64,000 nt of DNA, from assembly GCA_965222155.1 (NCBI GenBank), contig CBDCTH010000012.1:2592001-2656000 (forward strand). The letters are read 5' to 3'. The notes below the pieces were generated by a model. It did no database searches. It was given only the letters and a program-made list of their open reading frames with translations, and was not told the DNA's origin. Numbering within the stretch: position 1 is the first letter of the stretch; every line of letters begins with the position of its first letter. Below, piece after piece: positions 8,621-18,000 of the stretch. Source of the stretch: Gammaproteobacteria bacterium. GTDB lineage: Bacteria > Pseudomonadota > Gammaproteobacteria > Eutrophobiales > Eutrophobiaceae. The position numbers and the translations under genes are program-made.

Positions 8621-10048
8621 ATGAAAAAGAATGATTTAACAGTGATATCAGAGATTGTTAACGCGGCTGATGAGGGCCTCAGCAGCGCTGATATCTATGC
8701 TGCCTTAAAGAAAAGGATGCAGGATGAAGCAGGCAGCCACAGATCGTTCTTGCGCAAACTGGCATCTCTCGTTGATGAAGGGAAAATCATTCGGACCGGG
8801 CGCGCGCGCGCCGTGCAATATAGGAAACCCGCCAGCGCACCGGCAGTTTCCGCAACGCCAGACGTTGCGCCGTATATCCCCGTGTCGGACGAGAGCAAGG
8901 AGATCATGGATTATGTGCGCAGGCCCGTCCAAGGCAGGGTCCCCGTCGGCTACCAGAGAGAATATCCAGAGAGTTACGAGCCAAACCGGACGTACTACCT
9001 GCCGGCTGACATCAGAACGCATTTACACAACATCGGGCAACTTGGAGATCGGGGACAGGTAGTCGGCGGTACCTACCCAACGTACCTGGTAAACAGGTTG
9101 TTAATAGATCTGTCCTGGGCGTCAAGCCGACTTGAAGGCAATACCTATTCGCTCCTGGACACCCAGAACCTGATTGAAGCCGGGCAGGTCAGCCAAGGGA
9201 AAGACCTCGCCGAAGCGACGATGATCCTGAATCACAAACGCGCCATAGAGATGTTAATCGAGGCAGCACGGGATATAGACTTCAACATGTACACTTTTCT
9301 GAACCTGCACGGCATATTGTCAGTCAATCTGCTGGGTAACCCGAATGACAGCGGGCGTTTGCGGGACAAGATCGTCGAGATAGGCGGCTCTGTATACATG
9401 CCGCTGGGGATCCCCCAACAGGTAGAGCAGTATTTCAGATTGATTCTGGACAAGGCCAGGGAAATAGGCGACCCGTTTGAGCAATCTTTCTTCGTGATGG
9501 TGCACATACCGTACCTGCAGCCCTTTACCGACGTCAACAAGCGGGTGTCAAGACTGGGCGCCAATATCCCGCTTATAAAAAACAGACTGTGTCCGTTGTC
9601 ATTCATCGACGTCCCTGAGAAATTCTATATTGAAGGGACATTGGGTGTATACGAATTAAACCAAATCAGCCTGCTGAGGGATGTGTTCGTCTGGGCCTAT
9701 GAGCGGTCATGCCAGCGTTACAACCTGTCAAAGGACTATGCTGCCGAACCTGATCCGTTTCTACATAAATACAGGCAAATGCTTGATTCAGTAATAGGCC
9801 GTATCGTCAGGAACCAACTTGCATCCACTGCACAATCCATTGCAGGCATGACAGAAGGACGTATCCCTGACGAAGATGCCGACAAGTTCATTACGATGGT
9901 TGACGATGAATTGCAGAATCTTCATGAAGGCAAGCTGAGCCGGTATCGTATACGCTTGCCAGAGTTTATCGAATGGAAACAACTGCAATCGGCGTCTCAC
10001 CCTGATGGCACGTCATCCCGTCCGCCCGGTCCGCCCACGGGGGGGTGA
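8621..10048 (+). CDS. Fic-domain protein with N-terminal winged-helix-like region (ORF track start 8552; likely start 8621)
   Basis: SWASSRLEGN inhibitory-helix motif and QPFTDVNKRVSR Fic-like motif. Confidence 0.88.
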   Translation: MKKNDLTVISEIVNAADEGLSSADIYAALKKRMQDEAGSHRSFLRKLASLVDEGKIIRTGRARAVQYRKPASAPAVSATPDVAPYIPVSDESKEIMDYVRRPVQGRVPVGYQREYPESYEPNRTYYLPADIRTHLHNIGQLGDRGQVVGGTYPTYLVNRLLIDLSWASSRLEGNTYSLLDTQNLIEAGQVSQGKDLAEATMILNHKRAIEMLIEAARDIDFNMYTFLNLHGILSVNLLGNPNDSGRLRDKIVEIGGSVYMPLGIPQQVEQYFRLILDKAREIGDPFEQSFFVMVHIPYLQPFTDVNKRVSRLGANIPLIKNRLCPLSFIDVPEKFYIEGTLGVYELNQISLLRDVFVWAYERSCQRYNLSKDYAAEPDPFLHKYRQMLDSVIGRIVRNQLASTAQSIAGMTEGRIPDEDADKFITMVDDELQNLHEGKLSRYRIRLPEFIEWKQLQSASHPDGTSSRPPGPPTGG

Positions 10049-10125
10049 ATTCGCGGTTCGACGAGCGCAGCCTGACACGGACAGCGGTTTTTCGGCAGGA
10101 CGAAGCAGGCATTGATACCTTGCTT

Positions 10126-10316
10126 TGACGGGGCGAACGCATACTTTAGAATCCGGGTTATCGTCATTCCGGCGCAGGCCGGAATCCAGTCGAAAAAGAC
10201 GGTTCCTTATGGTAAAAGGTTGGTTTGTTAACTGGATTCCGGCCTGCGCCGGAATGACGAACTGAGTTATACAGCTGGTTTTCTATTCTTGACGGCCGGC
10301 GCCGGAATGACGAACT
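10126..10316. repeat. REP/REPIN cluster (GTCATTCCGGCGCAGGCCGGAATCCAG family) preceded by an ISAs1-like end
   Basis: Inverted REP pair at 10162-10259; arm plus spacer repeated at ~14402-14478; 10126-10167 is inverted-repeated at 14676-14717. Confidence 0.8.
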
Positions 10317-10430
10317 CAGGGCAACCGCATACTTTTTTATATCTATTATAAGGACTGTCCAAATAGAATCTCCGCCTGTCTCGTATCACTCCACCCGGCC
10401 TGCTTGAGCTTCCCCCGCATACTGTTCTTG
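10317..10430 (-). mobile_element. Fragment: right end and C-terminal codons of an ISAs1-family element
   Basis: Reverse strand encodes KNSMRGKLKQAGWSDTRQAEILFGQS and ends in GTATGCGGTTGCCCTG, matching ~14300-14394. Confidence 0.85.
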
Positions 10431-10436
10431 TATGGA

Positions 10437-10460
10437 GGGGACAGATTTAAATCTGTCCCC
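10437..10460. repeat. Perfect palindrome GGGGACAGATTTAAATCTGTCCCC (REP-like)
   Basis: Copy at 28211-28236, with ~40 bp of adjacent shared sequence in inverted orientation; variants at 20887-20911 and 1885/3284. Confidence 0.85.
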
Positions 10461-10645
10461 GCTGTCTTCGAATCCGGCAAGAATCACTGTGTTGACTTCG
10501 AGTTAGCGGGAGCACCTGCTGGCAAGTTGACTAACCGATTGATACAAACAGACATGGACATCCTTAAAATGATAAAGTTTTATGTATCGGCATCAATGGG
10601 TTTCGGTTAACATCGTTTCCAGGTCTGCCGGACAGTTCAACTGCC

Positions 10646-12664
10646 ATGAGATCAAGTTCATTAATTCGACGTTATATTGTCTTTCTGGGCGTATGTTTCC
10701 TCTGTGCCTGTACAGGGGAACACACGCCGGACGAAACCGCGGTTCCTGCACCGGTGATCCAAAAGACGATGCTGGAAGCGGGTACCGATACGGATGTCGC
10801 TTATTACGGTTTAAGCCAGGACCTGAAACGAAATTCCGATCTCAGTCAGATCAATACCGAGACGGTGCAAAGACTGGCGCCGTTGTGGACGCTCTCGCTC
10901 GGTGAAAATCACGGCCTTCAAACCCAGCCATTGGTCATTGACGGGGTGATGTACGTCACAACCCATGATTCGACCCATGCTATTGACGCCAGGACCGGCC
11001 GGCAAATCTGGAAAACCTTATCGGAATATTCACAGAAAACAGTGAACTGTTGCGGTTTCGCCAATCGCGGTCTGGCATTCCATAACGGCAAACTGTACAG
11101 GACCAATATCGATAATCGCATCCTGGCGATTGACCCTGTCAATGGCGCTATCCTCTGGGAGAAAAACGTGATCGATCCATCGCTCGGATACAGTATGACC
11201 AGCGCGCCGTTGATTGCAAACGACGTGCTGATTACCGGAATCGGCGGGGCGGAGTTCGGCGCGCCCGGGTTCCTGGATGGCTGGGACACGGAGACAGGGG
11301 AACACCTGTGGCGTTTTAATACGATCCCCGAACCCGGCGAACCGGGCAGTGAAACCTGGCCCGGCGAGACCTGGCGCCAAGGCGGTGGTGGTACCTGGCT
11401 GATCGGTTCCTATGATGCGGAACTTGACCTGGTCTACTGGGGAGTAGGCAATCCGGCGCCCTGGAGCGCACAAAACCGTCGCGGAGATAACCTCTACACC
11501 AGTAGTATGCTGGCTATAAGGCCGAAATCCGGGGAGCTGGTCTGGTATTTTCAATTCACCCCTAATGACACGGTGGATTATGACGGAAACAATGAACCCA
11601 TACTGACTGAACTCCAGGTTGATGGAGAATTAAGGAAAGTACTCATTCAGGCCAACCGTAACGGTTTCTTCTATGTACTGGACAGGACTAACGGAGAATT
11701 CATCGGCGCCAATCCTTTTGTGGAAAAGGTCACCTGGACAGATGGCCTGGATAGCGAAACCGGCAGGCCATCCCGATCCAATTCCATTGAACATATGCTG
11801 GAGACGGGAGAGCCTACCGAAATCTGGCCCACAGCGATGGGCGCGAAAAATCTGGCGCCTATGTCATACAGTCCTGACACGGGACTGGCTTATCTAAACG
11901 CGATTAATATGGGCTGGATATATACACCTGTCCAACAGGAATTCAAGCTCGGCGCCCCCTACTATTCCATTGAATTTGAATGGATAGATACCGATGGCGC
12001 AAAAGGGGAATTAAAAGCCATCGAGCCTTTGTCCGGCAAAACGGTATGGAGTTTTCCGACACAGGTTCCCATGAACGGCGGCACCCTGGTCACGGCAGGT
12101 GATCTCGTTTTTTCCGGTGCCCAGACCGGTGAGTTTTATGCTTTCCATGCGCAGACCGGCGAGAAACTCTGGGAGTATCGCACCGGTTCAGGGATTATTG
12201 CGCCACCGGTTACCTACCGGCTTGACGGCAAGCAGTACGTAGCGATTGCCAGCGGCCTCGGTGGTGTTTACGCGGCGGTATCCGGGGACCCTTATTTAAA
12301 AAATATCAATCCGGGGGGTGCAATCTGGGTGTTTGCATTGAATGATTCCCCGGCGGCGCGGACGCCTGAAGCAACATCCCTGTTGCCTCCGCCCGTTCAT
12401 GATGTTGCAAATCTAATAGCCTCGGCCCAGGTCTCAGAAGGCAGGGTTTTGTACAACCGAAATTGCGCACACTGCCACGGTGTCGATATGGTCACTGCCG
12501 GCAACAATTATGATTTGATCCAATTCCCCAAAAATAGTGAACAACGGTTTATTTCAGCCATCGTCGACGGCAAAGGCAATATGCCGGCCTGGGGGAATAA
12601 GTTGAATCAAACCGAATTGAAAACAATTTATGCTTATGTGAATGCCAAATGTTGCGGGGGATAA
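10646..12664 (+). CDS. PQQ-dependent alcohol dehydrogenase with C-terminal cytochrome c (quinohemoprotein), probable lipoprotein
   Basis: Vicinal CC (VNCCG), GGAEFG, WGVGNPAPW, DYDG, QANRNGFFY, heme motif CAHCH; signal FLCAC. Confidence 0.92.
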   Translation: MRSSSLIRRYIVFLGVCFLCACTGEHTPDETAVPAPVIQKTMLEAGTDTDVAYYGLSQDLKRNSDLSQINTETVQRLAPLWTLSLGENHGLQTQPLVIDGVMYVTTHDSTHAIDARTGRQIWKTLSEYSQKTVNCCGFANRGLAFHNGKLYRTNIDNRILAIDPVNGAILWEKNVIDPSLGYSMTSAPLIANDVLITGIGGAEFGAPGFLDGWDTETGEHLWRFNTIPEPGEPGSETWPGETWRQGGGGTWLIGSYDAELDLVYWGVGNPAPWSAQNRRGDNLYTSSMLAIRPKSGELVWYFQFTPNDTVDYDGNNEPILTELQVDGELRKVLIQANRNGFFYVLDRTNGEFIGANPFVEKVTWTDGLDSETGRPSRSNSIEHMLETGEPTEIWPTAMGAKNLAPMSYSPDTGLAYLNAINMGWIYTPVQQEFKLGAPYYSIEFEWIDTDGAKGELKAIEPLSGKTVWSFPTQVPMNGGTLVTAGDLVFSGAQTGEFYAFHAQTGEKLWEYRTGSGIIAPPVTYRLDGKQYVAIASGLGGVYAAVSGDPYLKNINPGGAIWVFALNDSPAARTPEATSLLPPPVHDVANLIASAQVSEGRVLYNRNCAHCHGVDMVTAGNNYDLIQFPKNSEQRFISAIVDGKGNMPAWGNKLNQTELKTIYAYVNAKCCGG

Positions 12665-12676
12665 TAGGGTTACAGT

Positions 12677-13111
12677 ATGTCAGTTGAAGAGAATAAAGAA
12701 ATCGTAAGGGGCTATTTCGCAGAAGTTGTTGATAAACTCAACATCGACCTCTTGGATCAATACTATACCGATGCTTGTATTATCCATCGCCCGGAAGTAT
12801 CGAAACCCATAATTGGTATCGAAAATTTCAAGGTCGGCCTTTCAAGGGTTATTGACAGCTACAGTTCAATAAAAACGACTATTTACGAGATGTTCGGCTC
12901 AGATGATCGCATCTCCTGCCGGTTGAGCCACTTGGCTGTTCACCGCGATAACTGGAAAAGCCGGATCGGTTATCACGAGGTGGCCGGGAAAACGGTGGGT
13001 TGGTGCGCCATCACAAACTTCAGAATCGAAGGGAATAAAATCGCAGAAGAATGGGTCTGTCGCGATGAACTGGGCATGTTGATCGAACTGGGCGTTATAG
13101 ACGTAGAATAA
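12677..13111 (+). CDS. SnoaL-like/ester cyclase (NTF2-fold) protein
   Basis: MSVEENKEIVR...FRIEGNKIAEEW...DELGML pattern; 12 bp after the dehydrogenase. Confidence 0.8.
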   Translation: MSVEENKEIVRGYFAEVVDKLNIDLLDQYYTDACIIHRPEVSKPIIGIENFKVGLSRVIDSYSSIKTTIYEMFGSDDRISCRLSHLAVHRDNWKSRIGYHEVAGKTVGWCAITNFRIEGNKIAEEWVCRDELGMLIELGVIDVE

Positions 13112-13112
13112 T

Positions 13113-14394
13113 CAGTGAACCTAAGGATGTTGTGGGGATCATAGCAGTATTCACCCCAAACAGAGGAGAAAACCATGAGTTTACTTGCATGTGGCCACGA
13201 TTGATGACCCGCGTCGTGATATCAATGTGAACCATCCGTTGTTGGACAGTCTGTTTTTGACAGTGAGTGCGGTGCTGTCGGGGGCGGCGGGCTGGAAAGA
13301 CATCAAGGATTTTGGTGATGAGAAGCTGGCTTGGTTGCGCCGCTACCGGCCATTTGCTAACGGGATACCGGTGGATGATACAATTGCGCGGGGGGTACGG
13401 GCGCTGGACCCGGTGCAGTTCAACCGGGCGTTTTTGAATTGGGTGAATGCGGTCCGGCGTGAGCAGGGCCAGGCGCAGATTGCCCTGGCTGGGAAGACCT
13501 CAGCAAAGTTCCCATGACGGGGAAAGGCAGGCGGCCTTGCACCGCATCACGGCCTGGGGTCATGCGTGCGGGCTGGTGCTGGCACAGATGACGTCGAAGG
13601 GGAAGAAGAACGAGCAGGCATCGGTGTTGGAGCTGTTGGATAGGTTGCACGTCAAGGGAGCGCATAGTACTGCGGATGCGATGAACACGCAGAAGAAGAT
13701 TGCCCGGAAGATACACGAGAAGGGGGGCGATTACACGTTGTGTCTGAAGGCTAATCATGGGCTATTGCATGAGGAAATAAAGGCGTACTTTCATAGCGTC
13801 CATCCCCCTGCTCAACTCCATACAGGGGCAGGCTCTGGACGCTACCCGATGGGCGGCTGGCGCCGTGCAAATCGTCTGTCCTGACGATTTGTCATAAGGT
13901 TACGCGCGCTGAGCCGGCGACATTGGCGGTGTAGAGGTAAGTCGATGGGGGGCATGGCCGGGTGGCGCGGCGTGTCTGTCGGCAACTGCGGGTGACGGCA
14001 TGGAGTAGTGAGGCAACCAAGTGGCCGGGATTGCAAACGGTGATTGAGAGGGCGCGGGAACGACACCTGCCGGGGAAAGACATGGAGACCGAGACGCAGT
14101 ACTCTATCAGTTCCCTGCCGGTGGCTGCGGTGCGGGTGGCGCGCGGGATACGTCAGCATTGGGAGGTAGAGAACAAGGCGCATTGGGTGTTGGACGTGGC
14201 GTTCAAGGAAGATGACTGTCGGCTACGACGGGGCAATGGGGCGGAGAACGTGGGGATAATCCGGCGCTTCTGCTTGAACCTGGCGCGGCGGTATCCGCAG
14301 AAGAACAGTATGCGGGGGAAACTCAAGCAGGCCGGGTGGAGATTCTATTTGGGCAGTCCTCATAATAGATATAAAAAAGTATGCGGTTGCCCTG
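13113..14394 (+). pseudogene. Degraded ISAs1-family element (frameshifted transposase, ATG at 13175, with internal repeat insertion)
   Basis: Three ORF pieces: DPRRDINVNHPL/GIPVDDTIAR, TADAMNTQKKIA/LKANH, IRQHWEVENKAHWVLDVAFKED; right end GTATGCGGTTGCCCTG. Confidence 0.9.
13796..13891. repeat. ~96-bp palindromic repeat unit inserted in the ISAs1 transposase
   Basis: TCATA direct repeats at 13791-13795 and 13892-13896; homologous (inverted) to ~5181-5305. Confidence 0.8.
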
Positions 14395-14717
14395 CTCAGT
14401 TCGTCATTCCGGCGCAGGCCGGAATCCAGTCGAAAAAGACAGTTCCTTATGGTAAAAGGTTGGTTTGTTAACTGGATTTCCATCCTTGGTTCCGTTGACG
14501 GTTATACCTTCGTCGTCATACCGGGCTTGTCCACTGTCGTCATACCGGGCTTGTCCCGGTATCCAGTGTGATGCTGTGTCGCCGGAGGCGACTCATTGTC
14601 ATACTGGATACCGGCATTCGCCGGAATGACGGCCGGGGGCAGGCGCCGGAATGACGGCCGGGGGCAGGCGTCGGTATGACGATAGCCCGGATTCTAAAGT
14701 ATGCGTTCGCCCTGTCA
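14395..14717. repeat. REP cluster
   Basis: GTCATTCCGGCGCAGGCCGGAATCCAG; GTCATACCGGGCTTGTCC x2; CCGGAATGACGGCCGGGGGCAGGCG x2. Confidence 0.8.
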
Positions 14718-15066
14718 TAGGTACTGAACCCGGACAAAGAGATTGACTTTGCATGAAGCAGCAGGATAGAGTATGCCGACTATGATTAGGGGATGGACAG
14801 CCGCATGGCAATAGACCTGAACGGTCGCGTGATGCGCCGTGGCCTGCCTGACGGGGCAGAGTTCGGCACGGCCAACGCTGCCGGTTGCAGTGCTGACTCA
14901 CTGAGGCGGCCGCTGCGCGGCGTCCCGCGCCCAGCCTCCTTTACCCCCCCCCCATGAGATAACAGGTCGCCGGCGCGGCGCTGCCGCTTCTCCGCGCGCG
15001 CAGGTAGCGGGCGCCGGGAGGGCGTCGGCCAGGACGGGGCTATCCAACCGGTTACGGCGCGGGGTC

Positions 15067-18000
15067 TTGTGCGCCCTGGCGTTCATGACGCTGATGTGCG
15101 GGCCGACCGTGCCGGCCTGGGCGCAGTCGGTACTTCCCGCTCCGACCCTCACGCCCGGCAATCGGCAGATCACGGTGGAGTGGACTGAACCCAGCGACAG
15201 CGCGGGCCTCAACCGAGAGACTGAAATAGGCTACCAAATCACATACCGCCCCGGCACGACCGGCAATTGGTTGGTCGCCTACAAAGAGGGCACCACCACC
15301 AGCACGACCCTCACGGGCTTGACCAACGGCCAGAGCTACCAGGTGGGAGTGATAGTCATCTATGCCCTTGGGACAGGGCGAAGCCCAGCTGCCTATCCAA
15401 TCGTCAGCGCCACACCCCGGGCGCCCCGGAAGCCCGACGCGCCGGACGCCCCGAGGCTGACGCCCGGCAACGAGCAGCTGACGGTGTCGTGGACCGCCCC
15501 GTCCGACAACGGCGCGGCCATCAGCGACTACGACGTGCAGTACAAGCTGAGCAGCGTCACCGGCTGGACGGATGCCAACTACGACGGCACCGGCACCAGC
15601 ACAACCATCTCCAGCCTGACCAACGGCCAGAGCTACGACGTGCAGGTGCGCGCCACCAACTCTGTGGACTCGAGTGACTGGTCGACCTCCACCACGGACA
15701 CGCCGACGGACGTGGCGCCCGGCAAACCGGCGACCCCGACGGTCACCGTGCTGGGCGCCACCTCGCTGCGGGTAAGCTGGGCGGCGCCGGCCAACACAGG
15801 CAGTGCCCTCACCGGCTACACGCTGCAACAGAGCGCAAACAGCGGCGTCAACTGGAGTACGGTATCGGGCGTGAGCGGGACGAGCCACGACGTGACGAGC
15901 CTGACGCCGGGGACGTCGTATGTGTTCCGGGTACGGGCAACCAACGGTGCGGGGGCCGGAGACTGGTCGGATGCGTCATCGCCGGCCACCCCCGCGGCGG
16001 CACCGGCGGCGCCCGCCATCCCCAACCTCGCGCCCGGCGACGGGCAGCTGACGGTGTCGTGGAGCACGCCGGCCGCCAACGGCGCCGCCATCTCGGACTA
16101 CGACGTGCAGTACAAGCTGGGCAGCGTCACCGGCTGGACGGATGCCAACTACGACGGCACCGGCACCAGCACGACCCTCTCCAGCCTGACCAACGGCCAG
16201 CCCTACGACGTGCAGGTGCGGGCGAAGAACAGCGTGGGCTGGGGCGGCTGGTCACCCAGTGCCAGCGCCACGCCGGCCACCACTGCTACGGTGCCCGCCG
16301 CGCCGGCGCCGGCACCAGCACAACCCTCCCCAACCTCACCAACGGCCAGCGCTACGACGTGCAGGTGCGGGCCAAAAACGCCGTGGGCTGGAGTGACTGG
16401 TCGACCGCCGCCGCGGCGACGCCGGATGCGAAGCCGGGCAAACCGGCGGCCCCGACGGTCACCGTGCAGAGCGCCACCTCGCTACGGGTGAACTGGGCGA
16501 CACCGACCAACACGGGCACTGTCATCACCGGCTACACGCTGCAACAGAGCGCAAACAACGGGACAGACTGGAGTCCGGTGTCGGGCGTAAGCGGGACGAG
16601 TCACGACGTGACGGGCCTGACACCGGGGGTCGCGTATGTGTTCCGGGTACTGGCAACCAATGCGGCGGGGGCCGGGGCCTGGTCGGATTCGTCATCGCCA
16701 GCCACCCCCGCGGCGGCACCGACGGCGCCCGCCATCCCCAACCTCGCGCCCGGCGACGGGCAGCTGACGGTGTCGTGGAGCGCGCCGGCCGCCAACGGCG
16801 CGGACATCTCGGACTACGACGTGCAGTACCGCGCCGGCAACAGTGGCCCGTGGACGAACGCCCACTATGACGGCACCGGCACCAGCACGACCCTCGACGG
16901 TCTGACCAACGGCCAGCGCTACGACGTGCAGGTGCGGGCCAAAAACGCCGTGGGCTGGAGTGACTGGTCGACCGCCGCCGCGGCGACGCCGGATGCGAAG
17001 CCGGGCAAACCGGCTGCCCCGACGGTCACCGTGCTGGGCGCCACCTCGCTGCGGGTGAACTGGACGGCGCCGGCCAACACGGGCAGCGCCCTCACCGGCT
17101 ACACGCTGCAACAGCGCGCGAACAACGGGACAGACTGGAGTCCGGTGTCGGGAGTAAGCGGGACGAGTCACGACGTGACGGGCCTGACACCGGGGACCGC
17201 CCATGTGTTCCGGGTACTGGCCACCAATGCGGCGGGGGACGGGGCCTGGTCGGATTCGTCATCGCCGGTCACCCCCTCGGCTGCGCCGGCGGCGCCCGCC
17301 GCCCCCGCGATCCCGACCCTGAGGCCCGGCGACCGGCAGCTCGAGGTGTCATGGCACGCGCCCGGCAGCGACGGCGGCTCGACCATCACGGGCTACAATA
17401 TCCAGTACCGCGCCGGCGCGAGCGGCGCCTGGACCCGCCACGGCGCCACTGATGCTGGCAGCACCACCACAACCATTTCCGGCCTGACCAACGGCCAGGA
17501 CTACCAGGTGCAGGTGCGGGCGGTGAACGCGCAGGGCGCGGGCCCCTGGTCAGCCAGCGCCACGGCCACGCCTGCGTCCGCAACGACGCCCCCTGAGCCT
17601 GTCACCCCCCCTGGACCCGGCACCAGCACCAGCACCCCCGAAATCACCCGCTTCGAGGCCACGCCACTCAGGGACGGCAAGTCAACCCTGAGTTGGGCGG
17701 TGAGCAAGAACACGGACGTGCTGAGCCTGGTCGATGACCAGGGCACCATCCTGATAGACCCGGGCGATGGGCTGCCCGCCGGCAACCAGCTGGCGGTCGA
17801 GACCCGTGTGGGCACCGTCTATACCCTGATTGCCGTCAACAGCGAGAGTGGCCTCAGCAGCAAGCCCCGTACCGTCACGGTCAGGGCACCGGCGCCGGTC
17901 AGGCCCACCGTCAGGCCCCCGCCTGAGCCCGTCAATGCTGCGCCCACCGGGGTGATTGTCAGTTGGGTCCCCCCGGCCACGGACGGCATGATTGCCGAGG

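Noticed and set aside
14944-14953. C10 tract as a phase-variation switch
   Set aside because: No clear upstream start that it would bring into frame, and the gene has three other breaks; kept only as a note
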